A stretch of DNA of 53,875 nucleotides from a virus. Its lineage: Duplodnaviria > Caudoviricetes. Below, in pieces: positions 16,473 through 24,960 of this stretch; position 1 is the first letter of the stretch; every line of letters starts with the position of its first letter. The notes beneath the pieces are model-generated. The model searched no databases. It saw only the letters and a list, made by a program, of their open reading frames with translations, and was not told where the DNA came from. Location of the stretch: positions 1-53,875 of the IMG/VR virus record IMGVR_UViG_3300006803_000001. One strand, given 5' to 3'. A program made the translations under genes and the position numbers.

Positions 16473-18092
16473 TTATGTTTTTCTCCGACCGAATCCGCCC
16501 GTCAGATTTCTTATTTTGTCACTTGCGTCGACGAACGTCATTGCATGCGCTTCGGCGTGTCCCCGTTGCTGTAAGAATGCAACTTGCTTCGGCGTCGCTA
16601 GTTTCTTGTGCCTTCTCTCTGTAATCTGGGCAATGATTGCCGATGCCTCGCCCTTTGTTTTGACTGTGAAAGGGTTGATTCCGACTCTCTCGAGCATTTC
16701 GAGTTGTGGTGACGTTGGCGGGTCGAGCTCCCATTTGTTGGTCGGCTTGTATTCCAAGAGATCGGGCTCGTCGAGTATGCCTGCCATTTCTCGGGCGTCG
16801 TATGTCTTTGCTCCCTTTTTTGACTTCTCTTTGAATTTGTCAATGAGTGCCTGCTTGGTTGCAATTTCGCATTCACTCATGAGGTCTTGCAAATTGAGTT
16901 TGCCTTGTTTGCCTTTTCCAAAGCTGTTGATCTGCTTTTGCATTGCCGCTTCGATCTCGTCTCCTCTTGCTGCGAGCGCTGCGGGTCGTATGGCGCCCAA
17001 GTCCTCGAACTGATACAAGAAGTCCAAAAGGAGACAGTCGTCCTTGTTTGGGGCTGTGCGTGTCCCCCTGCCGACCATTTGCTGGTATGCAACGCGGCTC
17101 TTTGTCGGTCGTAAGACAATGACGCATTCAATATCTGGGCAATCATACCCCTTGGTCAGTAAAAGAGCGTTGTTGAGGATGTCGAATTTTCCCTTTTGAT
17201 AATCGAGCAATATCTCTTTTCGGTTCTTGCTCGTCCCGTCGATATGCCTGCTCTTGATCCCTCTTCGAATGAGTCGTTCGTCAAACTCTTTTGACATCCT
17301 AATGTTTGGATGAAAAACAAGGGTCTTGCGGTCGCTTGCGTGCTCTTGCCATGCGTCAATGATTGCGTCGAGGTATGGTTTCATGGCGTGGTCGACGTCT
17401 TCACTGTCGAGCTCTCCCGTGCGTTTCGATTTGATTCCCGTCGTGTCCACGTCAAGCGGGATTGATTGCACTGTGATCGGGCTCAAGTGCCCTTTTTCGA
17501 TTAGGTCGAAAAGTCTGATTTCGTAGGGAATGCAATCGTAAAACTTGAACAGGTTTTTCCCGTCCCCTCTCTCTGGGGTTGCTGTGATCCCGAGTATTTT
17601 TGCGCCTCCGTCTTTAAAGTGATTCAATACCCTTTGCCAACTCTTCGCCATGCTCAAATGAGCCTCGTCGGCGATGACCATTCCGAAGTGATCTGGATCC
17701 CACTCGTCGAGCCTGTTTTGTCGTGCCAGTGTTTGAATGCTGCCGACAACGATCTTCGCCTTTTTGCTTGCTCGAGCCTGTGCTTTTTCGATGTCTGGTT
17801 TGAGCCCCGCGGCGTCGACCATCTTGTCTCGAGCCTGCTCGACTAATTCGTCGGTGTCTGCCAGAAATAAAACTCTCTCGTTTTTGTGCCTAATTACTGT
17901 ATAAGCGAGAGCCGCTGCCATGATTGTTTTTCCTGCCCCAGTTGCGGCAACGCTCAAAGCGGTTTGCACTGGGTCGCCTCCGTCAACGCCCTTGTAAAAG
18001 GCGTCAATGCTTTTGCGACAAAAGTCTTTTTGATAGTCGCGCAATTCAAATTGAAATGCCATGTGGTGACAGGTTGCCTCGACCTCTCTCAT
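16473..18092 (-). CDS. Superfamily 2 DEAH helicase
   Basis: LRDYQ, ATGAGKT, DEAH, TATPER, KGYD.P, QMVGRGTR. Alternative start MAFQF at 18062. Confidence 0.95.
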   Translation of the reverse strand: MREVEATCHHMAFQFELRDYQKDFCRKSIDAFYKGVDGGDPVQTALSVAATGAGKTIMAAALAYTVIRHKNERVLFLADTDELVEQARDKMVDAAGLKPDIEKAQARASKKAKIVVGSIQTLARQNRLDEWDPDHFGMVIADEAHLSMAKSWQRVLNHFKDGGAKILGITATPERGDGKNLFKFYDCIPYEIRLFDLIEKGHLSPITVQSIPLDVDTTGIKSKRTGELDSEDVDHAMKPYLDAIIDAWQEHASDRKTLVFHPNIRMSKEFDERLIRRGIKSRHIDGTSKNRKEILLDYQKGKFDILNNALLLTKGYDCPDIECVIVLRPTKSRVAYQQMVGRGTRTAPNKDDCLLLDFLYQFEDLGAIRPAALAARGDEIEAAMQKQINSFGKGKQGKLNLQDLMSECEIATKQALIDKFKEKSKKGAKTYDAREMAGILDEPDLLEYKPTNKWELDPPTSPQLEMLERVGINPFTVKTKGEASAIIAQITERRHKKLATPKQVAFLQQRGHAEAHAMTFVDASDKIRNLTGGFGRRKT

Positions 18093-18166
18093 TCAAGCTC
18101 AGTGCACCCGTGCTTGATATGAATACGTTGAAAGAGGTCGAGACGTTTCCTTGGAGGGAGTTGTCA

Positions 18167-19003
18167 TCAATCGACTTTTGTCACGCTGACTTCCCAGCCT
18201 TTGACAATTGTCGTGAAGTGATCTTTTGACGGCGTGTCGATTGCAATGTGAATCAAGTCAATGATTGTGCTGTCGGTTGTGATTTCGCTCGTCATGTATT
18301 TGAGAGCCTTGTTCACTTGCCAACCTTTCGTCACCATGTTTGCAATTTGCGTTTGTTGGGTCTTTGATAGTCCTGCGAAAACTTGCAATTCGGAGTCTTT
18401 TTTGAGGATGATTCCGTCTTTGATTGCCTCAATGAACTCGGACTCATGATTCGGACTGATTGCATTTGCAAGCAATTGACGTTGAGAGTCGTCTCTCGCT
18501 GTCTGGACTGATTGCTTTTTTGCGACTTCGTTGCTTGCTGTCTTGAGTCCGACCTTGCCTTTCTTGACCTCCTCGAATGCTTCGGGGTCTTCTTGCTTGA
18601 GTTTCTTTGCCCTCTCGACTGAGCGAATGCTTGCCCCTGTGGCGTCCGCTGCAATTTTGGCGGTCTTGCCAATCTTTGCCTTTTCTATTTTATCAAGCAA
18701 CTCGGCTCCAATTGCCGCGCGTTGTGTCGAGGTCAAGTGCCTGCGCTTGATATTTGCATCTAGGACAAAGACCTCGGGAATTGCTCCGTCTTTCTTTACG
18801 TCGTAGGCTCGATATGCAAAAGGCAATCCGAGCTCTTGGCAAGCTCTGTATCTGTGGCGTCCGTCGAGGACTTGCCCGTCGTAGACGATGCCCGCGTCGC
18901 GTTGCCCGTTTTCTTTGATTGACTGCTTGAGCTCTTCGTATTCGAGGTCGCTCATTTCTGGAAGAGCGGTTGCCAGTTCATGGCATTTCATTTTCGTTTT
19001 CAT
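18167..19003 (-). CDS. ParB-like N-terminal domain + HTH protein
   Basis: LP.MS..EY.EL..SI..NGQ...VLDGRHRYRAC..LG; N.KRRHLT..QRA; AADATGASIRSVERAK HTH. Confidence 0.85.
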   Translation of the reverse strand: MKTKMKCHELATALPEMSDLEYEELKQSIKENGQRDAGIVYDGQVLDGRHRYRACQELGLPFAYRAYDVKKDGAIPEVFVLDANIKRRHLTSTQRAAIGAELLDKIEKAKIGKTAKIAADATGASIRSVERAKKLKQEDPEAFEEVKKGKVGLKTASNEVAKKQSVQTARDDSQRQLLANAISPNHESEFIEAIKDGIILKKDSELQVFAGLSKTQQTQIANMVTKGWQVNKALKYMTSEITTDSTIIDLIHIAIDTPSKDHFTTIVKGWEVSVTKVD

Positions 19004-19029
19004 TGCGTTTTTTTTGGTTCTTGGTTGGA

Positions 19030-19043
19030 GCGCCCGCGGGCGC
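19030..19043. repeat. Palindrome GCGCCCGCGGGCGC, copy 3 (upstream of parB-like gene)
   Basis: Exact match; extends to 16 bp with A/T flanks. Confidence 0.95.
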
Positions 19044-19047
19044 TGGT

Positions 19048-19296
19048 TTACTGGTCAGACGTTTGCATTGTCTTGATTGATTCAAAGAGTGCAAGAGCGT
19101 GACCGAGTGAGGGTTGTTGAAATTTCTCAATTTTATCGCGCAACCATCTGCTCACTGTGTGACGCGCTATTCTCTCGCCGCTTGCCTCAGACATGAGAGA
19201 AGCTAGTTTTTGAACGCTTCCATGATTCGCTTTCACATACGCCCGAACGGACGCCAGTGATTCGAATGCTCTTTCTCTGCTTGATTGTTGTGCCAT
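19048..19296 (-). CDS. Small HTH (Cro/XRE-like) regulator
   Basis: VQKLASLMS......ARHTVSRWL......PS. Confidence 0.6.
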   Translation of the reverse strand: MAQQSSRERAFESLASVRAYVKANHGSVQKLASLMSEASGERIARHTVSRWLRDKIEKFQQPSLGHALALFESIKTMQTSDQ

Positions 19297-19329
19297 ATCT
19301 TTTTGTTGTAAGGGAATGTCTTTGTTCCG

Positions 19330-19851
19330 TCAAGCGCCGATCTCGTTGCTTTTGTTCGGTTGTTTGATTTTGATCAGTTGTGCAAGGTAGTCGAAGTCGT
19401 TTTCGATCTCGATTGCCGTCTCCCATGTGACGCTTTTCCTGTGATCAAGCGTAATGTCAATATCCTCGATTGTGACGAGTCGGGCGGCTTGTTTGCTTAT
19501 GCAATACCAAACGACCGCGGTCAACGCTCCTGCGGCTTGCCAGCGCTTCATTGAGGCAATCTGTTTTGCTGTGACTCCGTTCTTGCCTCCGCATGGAAGA
19601 GTTGCGTCGGATGTGCTTTTGGCTTCGATCATCAACAATTGCCCGCTTTCTCTGATTGCCCCCATGTAATCGAGAAAAGGGTTCTCTTTGAATATGACTC
19701 GGCGTTTGAATCCGCCGCCAAGGACTCGGACAGGCGGGTCAACTTTCTCGAGGTCTGCAATTCCGCGCAACCTGTAATCGGCATGAATTGCGTCGAGAAA
19801 TTTCTCGAGTTGCTTGCCTGTGTTTTTGGCATTTGTTCTTTTAGGATTCAT
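19330..19851 (-). CDS. recU: RecU-like Holliday junction resolvase
   Basis: G.QLE..L......Y...GIA..EKV.PP, DYMG, IEAKST, KQ motifs; start MNPKRT. Confidence 0.8.
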   Translation of the reverse strand: MNPKRTNAKNTGKQLEKFLDAIHADYRLRGIADLEKVDPPVRVLGGGFKRRVIFKENPFLDYMGAIRESGQLLMIEAKSTSDATLPCGGKNGVTAKQIASMKRWQAAGALTAVVWYCISKQAARLVTIEDIDITLDHRKSVTWETAIEIENDFDYLAQLIKIKQPNKSNEIGA

Positions 19852-20152
19852 AATGGTGCGGGTTTGCCAATTTGCTGATGACGATGTCGACGAGTGCCGA
19901 CCTTGCGGCTTCGATATGTGCGCAACGTCTGAAACCTCTTTCGGTTCGCCCTTCAATTTTTGGTCTCAAGCGAAAGTCGAAATGCTCGCAAGTGCAATCT
20001 CCGTTGCCTTGGTATGCCCCGAGGTCAACAATGTGCTCGATATCCTTTCGGCTCTTACTGACGACCCTCATGCTCAAGATTGAGTCGTGCGGGTAGACTG
20101 TGAGGTTTTTCCATTGCGAGGGTTTGAATTCGTCTTTTACTCCCTTTCCCAT
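19841..20152 (-). CDS. SWIM zinc-finger protein
   Basis: CTCEHF...RCAHI (CxC...CxH). Confidence 0.65.
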   Translation of the reverse strand: MGKGVKDEFKPSQWKNLTVYPHDSILSMRVVSKSRKDIEHIVDLGAYQGNGDCTCEHFDFRLRPKIEGRTERGFRRCAHIEAARSALVDIVISKLANPHHYES

Positions 20153-20460
20153 TTTTGCCCCATTGCGCTGATGGTTAAAACTAGACCGCAAACTCGAATT
20201 GCAATCAGCGCCCAAAGCCCCGCGTCTTTGAATGATGCAAGACATATCAAGATCAATACAAGCGATTCAATCCAAGGTGCTATAAAGCTGTGACGAAGGT
20301 TCGGCGGCAACCAAGTATTTGACATTGCAATCACTAGAACAAAAAACGCCCCGATGATTGCAATCCACATTGGCGCGTTGCCCTGCAATAAAAACGCCGT
20401 TGCGATTATGCCGCAAAGCTCGACGAGTAAAACGACTTCGAATTGTGTGCGGTCTCTCAT
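20137..20460 (-). CDS. Small multi-pass membrane protein
   Basis: 3-4 hydrophobic segments. Confidence 0.6.
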   Translation of the reverse strand: MRDRTQFEVVLLVELCGIIATAFLLQGNAPMWIAIIGAFFVLVIAMSNTWLPPNLRHSFIAPWIESLVLILICLASFKDAGLWALIAIRVCGLVLTISAMGQKWERE

Positions 20461-21215
20461 TTTGTTGTGTTGAATAGCTCGTTTTCGAACAGGTCGATTC
20501 TCGTTGCGTCTTGTGCTCGGTTGCTGATTGCCATTCCGATTGACGGGTTGTGAAAGCTCTCGACGAGTTGTTTGCCGTGATACTGGGTCGTGACAATGGT
20601 TTTGATTCCTCGAGCCTTGACCCCTTCGAGTAAGCTCAAAAGGTGCTCGTCGCTCGCTGCTGTCTTCGCTGTATTGCCGAAGTCGTCGAGGATGATCAAG
20701 TCGGCATTGAGAAATTCAATCTTGAATGACTGAAATTTCTTTGTGTCTGTGCTTGAACTTGCTTGAATTGCCTTTTGCCTCAAGTCGCTTGCCTGCCAAT
20801 ATTTGACCCGCTTGCCTGCAAAGTGACATGCCCTTGCAAAGACGAATGCCGCCGATGTTTTGCCGATGCCGCTTGCCCCTTTCATGTATAGAGACTTCGG
20901 GAAATCTGCATCCCATGTCTTGTAAAGCTCTTGCAATTTCGAAGGCATTTTGTCCGCTTTCGATATCTGATATGATTTCGGACATATTGCCTCCCATCGT
21001 TTTGCAGTCTGTTGAACTTCCTTTTCCATTTTTTGGAGTTCAATCTCTCTTGTCTTGTCCTCTGCTTTCTTGTCGCATGCGTCGCACATGACCTCCTCGC
21101 CCTCTTGCAATTCTGTTTTGCACATTGCGCAAATCGTCTCGTCTTCGAATATTCCTTTGTTGTTGGTTCTCATGTTTTTTTGTTGGTTCGTTTTTATGAT
21201 ACGGACTCGGCTCAC
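20457..21215 (-). CDS. DnaC/IstB-like ATPase (helicase loader)
   Basis: N-terminal CxxC..CxxC, Walker A GASGIGKT, Walker B LIILDDFG, TIVTTQ; directly after the initiator. Confidence 0.88.
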   Translation of the reverse strand: MSRVRIIKTNQQKNMRTNNKGIFEDETICAMCKTELQEGEEVMCDACDKKAEDKTREIELQKMEKEVQQTAKRWEAICPKSYQISKADKMPSKLQELYKTWDADFPKSLYMKGASGIGKTSAAFVFARACHFAGKRVKYWQASDLRQKAIQASSSTDTKKFQSFKIEFLNADLIILDDFGNTAKTAASDEHLLSLLEGVKARGIKTIVTTQYHGKQLVESFHNPSIGMAISNRAQDATRIDLFENELFNTTK

Positions 21216-21961
21216 ATAAGCGAGTCAATATTTTCGCCGTCGTTGATTTTTTTCGCTTTTGGTTTGTCAGTCTGAGGAAAGAGCCCCGTCCAATTTGATT
21301 GAATCGCGTCGTCGATTGCGTCAATGCATTGCTGGGGCGAAAACTTTTCAAGCTTCTTGATAAATCGCGAGTAAGCAATATTCGAGATCGGCTTCCGCAT
21401 GTCGGCTCTGTATGAGACCCATTGATCCCATGCCAAGCAAAACTCGAGGTTCTCTTTCAAAACTTCTGGAAACATTTCAAAAGCTGAAACCTGTTTTTTA
21501 ATTGGTTTTTTATCTGTTGTTTTTATCTGTATAGTTGATTGGACACTTTTGACCAATGCGCATTGGTCGGATTTGACCAATGGGGTTTGGTCAGATTTGA
21601 CCAATGGGGTTGTCCGTTGTTGTCCATTGTGTGCGTCTGTGTTCTCGTTGCTGCTTTTCTGTGCAATTGTATACCATTTCGTTTGATCATACCCGTCGTC
21701 GTTAAAGCATGCGCTTTCAATGGCTCCCGCCTTCTCAAGCTGGACAAGCAGTCTTGCAATTTTCCGACGAGACCAAAACGGGTAAAGATTCGTCAAGGTT
21801 CTCGCACTGTTGTATGTCCAAAACTTACCATCTTTTAAGTTTCTTTCTTTTGCCTTATTTGCAAAAACCCAAAAGCGAATATTACTCAAAAGGACTGCGG
21901 CTTCGACTCCGTATTGTGTAGCGTCGTCGACATCAAAGTTGTATGTGATTGATTTTTTCAT
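21212..21961 (-). CDS. Replication initiator protein
   Basis: FD...A..YGV.AAVLL.NI.FW...N...DG..WTYNS...L..LYPF wHTH...D.TKWY; internal iteron repeats; W..W..YR...K, SI.SNWTGLF C-domain. Confidence 0.82.
   Translation of the reverse strand: MKKSITYNFDVDDATQYGVEAAVLLSNIRFWVFANKAKERNLKDGKFWTYNSARTLTNLYPFWSRRKIARLLVQLEKAGAIESACFNDDGYDQTKWYTIAQKSSNENTDAHNGQQRTTPLVKSDQTPLVKSDQCALVKSVQSTIQIKTTDKKPIKKQVSAFEMFPEVLKENLEFCLAWDQWVSYRADMRKPISNIAYSRFIKKLEKFSPQQCIDAIDDAIQSNWTGLFPQTDKPKAKKINDGENIDSLM
21548..21610. repeat. Putative origin iterons (3 x 24-bp period) within the initiator gene
   Basis: TTTGACCAATG at 21548, 21572 and 21596, interleaved with inverted TTGGTC. Confidence 0.7.
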
Positions 21962-22028
21962 TTTGTTGGTTCTCTTTTGTGCCTTAATAGCCGCGCAAGT
22001 AATGTTTCCATGTGCGTTGCATGCATAA

Positions 22029-22068
22029 GCCCCGCCCCTTGAGGTTGCGTTTTCCCTCGGGGGCGGGC
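22029..22068. terminator. GC-rich hairpin, possible terminator or processing site
   Basis: CCCGCCCC..GAGG / CCTC..GGGCGGG stem between the exonuclease and initiator genes; weak U-tract. Confidence 0.45.
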
Positions 22069-22103
22069 AATTTACTTGCTGCGAATCAAGACGTCGAGAA
22101 GTT

Positions 22104-22982
22104 TCAGATTTTTTCTAAACCCTCGAGCTCCTCTTCATCCGTAATCGCTGCAAACGCCGCTCGCCCGAGCATGACTGGGTCTTCGTATCTCATGGGGAAG
22201 TATGATCGGAAGCTTGCCCCAACTATGCGCCCGAGCAAATGGTCAAACATTCTGACCCCGTCCTCGAGGTCTTGTTTGGGTATTTCCGTGATTGCCACTT
22301 CGTAAGGATACGAGCTCTCTTGCCAAACAATTTGGAACCTGTGCCTTTGGTCTTCTGGGTGCAATTTATTCCACATTCTGAGGTAGTGCCCGGCCTGCGC
22401 CGCATAATTGAATCTTGCTTGCGCCTTCGCGAATCCCGCCGCTGAAAAGTCGGCGGTTGTTTTTAAGTCCGCAAGAAACGGCTCCCCTTCGGGTGCTAAG
22501 TCAACAAGACCCTTTAAATATATATACTCACAATCGTAAGCTGAATGGGTCGTCCTGTTAAGCAAGACCACTTGCTTTCGGCTTTTCTCAATCAGTGCGG
22601 CGGCTTTCTTGTGCTTTTGTGTCAGCATTTCGATCGCCTTTTGCGCTTCTGCAATTGTGCTCTCGTCGACGACTGTGACGTTGCTCTCTTGCTGTTTAGC
22701 TTTCCATTCTCGAGCCTCCTTTGTTCGAAAGTTGTCGTATGGGCTGACCACAAATTCACTTTCAAAATCTAATGGGCTCGTCAATAGACAATCGACAAGG
22801 CTTCCCCAATTCATGCTCGAGCTTGAGTATTTTCTTGGATAGTGTCTCCATCGAAAAAGCGATGATCCGTAAAGCTCGAAAATGGAGCTCTTCGAGAGCC
22901 AACTGTTTTTGTTGAAAATGTCCGCCCGATTGAGTGTCAATTTTGAGTGATATTCGCTCGGTAATACTTGGGTTGCGTTCAT
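22104..22982 (-). CDS. PD-(D/E)XK exonuclease (RecE/ExoVIII, DUF3799-like)
   Basis: LSKSSI, M.WGSLV.CLL, KGLVD, DLKTT, Y..QA.HY; start MNATQ. Confidence 0.85.
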   Translation of the reverse strand: MNATQVLPSEYHSKLTLNRADIFNKNSWLSKSSIFELYGSSLFRWRHYPRKYSSSSMNWGSLVDCLLTSPLDFESEFVVSPYDNFRTKEAREWKAKQQESNVTVVDESTIAEAQKAIEMLTQKHKKAAALIEKSRKQVVLLNRTTHSAYDCEYIYLKGLVDLAPEGEPFLADLKTTADFSAAGFAKAQARFNYAAQAGHYLRMWNKLHPEDQRHRFQIVWQESSYPYEVAITEIPKQDLEDGVRMFDHLLGRIVGASFRSYFPMRYEDPVMLGRAAFAAITDEEELEGLEKI

Positions 22983-22983
22983 G

Positions 22984-23649
22984 TTATCGTCCTGTGGAGT
23001 GTTTGAGCATTGCGTCGGCGGCTTGCTCGGCGTATTTCCAAGCGCTGGAAAGCTTCGTATGAGGCTCGATTGCAAGTTGAACCTCACATGTGATCGGCTC
23101 ATATTCGCGCTTTTGTCTGACCTCTCGATATGTCAACGAGGTGACTGTGACTCCGTCGGGTAGTGTATGCACTATTTTCTGCGCTGGTTGCTCGATAATT
23201 GGCTCCTGCGGCGTCTCAATTGGTTGCCCGTAATCTTGTGGCATTTCATCAAACGGCTCGTCATGTTGTATCTGTGAAGCTTCCTCGGGAGCTTTGACGT
23301 CAGAGAATGAAGCTGATTTAGTGACCCTAAGTTTTCTTGTCACTGTGCCTTGTGGGTATTCGTCGTCGTATACCTTGACTCCGTGCGTGCCCTTGTCTGT
23401 GGTATTGCTCATAATTGCAATATAAGAGCCTTTAAGGTCTTGAGGTATCTCGGGGCGGTCTTTGAACTGTATGTCGACTGAGGCGCCGTTGTCGTCCTGC
23501 AATTTAGCATTCTGAAATGACCATTCGCCATGTTCGCCCGTCCCGTTTTTCCTCGGGTATATGTTGGTCAAGGTTCCCGAGATTCCCGAGATGACTTGCC
23601 CGTCCATCATTTGCGCGATTTGCGCCGCGCTTGCTGTGTTGGTATTCAT
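22984..23649 (-). CDS. OB-fold ssDNA-binding-like protein (MNTN start)
   Basis: ISGTL..I.PRK.G....GEWS.QN..L.D....V.IQF is an OB-fold-like pattern; adjacent to the exonuclease. Confidence 0.55.
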   Translation of the reverse strand: MNTNTASAAQIAQMMDGQVISGISGTLTNIYPRKNGTGEHGEWSFQNAKLQDDNGASVDIQFKDRPEIPQDLKGSYIAIMSNTTDKGTHGVKVYDDEYPQGTVTRKLRVTKSASFSDVKAPEEASQIQHDEPFDEMPQDYGQPIETPQEPIIEQPAQKIVHTLPDGVTVTSLTYREVRQKREYEPITCEVQLAIEPHTKLSSAWKYAEQAADAMLKHSTGR

Positions 23650-23690
23650 TACGACCGAACAATGGGTCGTATCCGTTCCTTTCGCAAGAA
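23650..23690 (-). promoter_or_regulatory. Repeated promoter, degenerate copy 5 heading the replication operon
   Basis: TTGCGA-17-CATTGT-9-ATGAATACCAAC; lacks the upstream TTTTTCACA. Confidence 0.65.
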
Positions 23691-23695
23691 TTAAA

Positions 23696-24529
23696 TCAAA
23701 AAACTAATTCGAGAAAATTCGATTGCGGTGCAACCTCCGCTCTTCCCATGATGATACGATCGTCAAAATCGTCCGCGACCATTGTTTGGTTGGCTTTCAT
23801 TTGAAAGAGTGTCGGCGCCGTGATTGATCCGATGTTGCCATATACGATCTTGACCTTGTGTCTTTCAATTGGGTTGTTCACTGGAAAATTTTCTCCCGCC
23901 AATGACAAGACAATCGTCGCGTTCCATCTGCCCGCATTCTTGAAGCTTCTCGCCTCTCCGTGTGTGTCAAAATTTGTGGGGATATATTCGGGTCGGGATA
24001 TCTCAATTTGCGCCGCGTATGTGTCAACTTGCACGTCGTCAATGTAGACCGAACAATCGAGACCAGATATCGGTCTGTGCGCAGGCTCTTCAACTGTAAC
24101 AACAAGAGGGTCGAACGTCTCTCTTGCAATCCTGCAATTGTAATTAGTTTCTAGCGCAACGAGCCCCCTTTTTTCTGTTGGAATTGTGATGCTCGTCATT
24201 GCGCAATCAATAAATCTTCGATTGATTCCGTCGGGCGTTGTCATCTCAATGGTGAAGGAAGGCGGATCGGTGTCGGGATTTAGAATTGAACCCAGACCAG
24301 TGAGTCCGAGGAGTTTCGCCTCAGAAAGTGTCATTTCCTTGAGCGTGCTTATTTGCCATGCCCATGCGGTTTGTCTGTGTGTGACAACTCCCCCGTATGG
24401 GTCTTTCGGTGCAAGCGAGTTGACAACGACTCTCGCGACCTTGACTTCGTTTGCTCGATATTTGTATACACTCGAGCCCCCAGTTCGCTGAATGCGAATC
24501 TCTGTATTTCTTAGCTCGAGCGCTCCCAT
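23696..24529 (-). CDS. Virion-associated protein, possibly tail-tube-like fold
   Basis: Last gene of the tail cluster; beta-rich; SFTIE......F.DC.MTSITI pattern echoes the tube gene. Confidence 0.45.
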   Translation of the reverse strand: MGALELRNTEIRIQRTGGSSVYKYRANEVKVARVVVNSLAPKDPYGGVVTHRQTAWAWQISTLKEMTLSEAKLLGLTGLGSILNPDTDPPSFTIEMTTPDGINRRFIDCAMTSITIPTEKRGLVALETNYNCRIARETFDPLVVTVEEPAHRPISGLDCSVYIDDVQVDTYAAQIEISRPEYIPTNFDTHGEARSFKNAGRWNATIVLSLAGENFPVNNPIERHKVKIVYGNIGSITAPTLFQMKANQTMVADDFDDRIIMGRAEVAPQSNFLELVF

Positions 24530-24532
24530 GAC

Positions 24533-24928
24533 CTAAAGTGTTGCAAATGCCGTGAGTGCGACGCCCGGGATAATTAAAATTGCAATGGCTTCTCCCGCTG
24601 GGCAATCGAGAACGACGCTCCCGATTTGCTCCCATGCCGCGGGAACTTGAATCGTCCGAACGGCGTTTGATGTGTTGTGAAATACCACAATCGTATTTTG
24701 CCCCGGGTGTGGATTGGTGATTCCCGTGATTGTGACGTTGTTTCCTGTCACATTGACCTCTTGTGTCGTTCCGTCGTCTGGGTCGATTGCAAAGCTGTTC
24801 GAAACTGGTATGACGTGGTGACTGTCGAACTTCTGATCAACAATTGCAAAGTTCGAGTCGATTATTCCTTGAACATTTGTCGTCCCCGCTGGGAGAGTTT
24901 CCATCCCTGTATGTGTTAGTATTGCCAT
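24533..24928 (-). CDS. Small tail/fibre-associated protein
   Basis: Follows the tail tip; L..G......I.SNF.I.D fibre-type N-terminus. Confidence 0.55.
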   Translation of the reverse strand: MAILTHTGMETLPAGTTNVQGIIDSNFAIVDQKFDSHHVIPVSNSFAIDPDDGTTQEVNVTGNNVTITGITNPHPGQNTIVVFHNTSNAVRTIQVPAAWEQIGSVVLDCPAGEAIAILIIPGVALTAFATL

Positions 24929-24940
24929 TTTTTATGATAC

Positions 24941-24954
24941 GCGCCCGCGGGCGC
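24941..24954. repeat. Palindrome GCGCCCGCGGGCGC, copy 4 (intergenic)
   Basis: Exact match. Confidence 0.95.
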
Positions 24955-24960
24955 TTTTGT

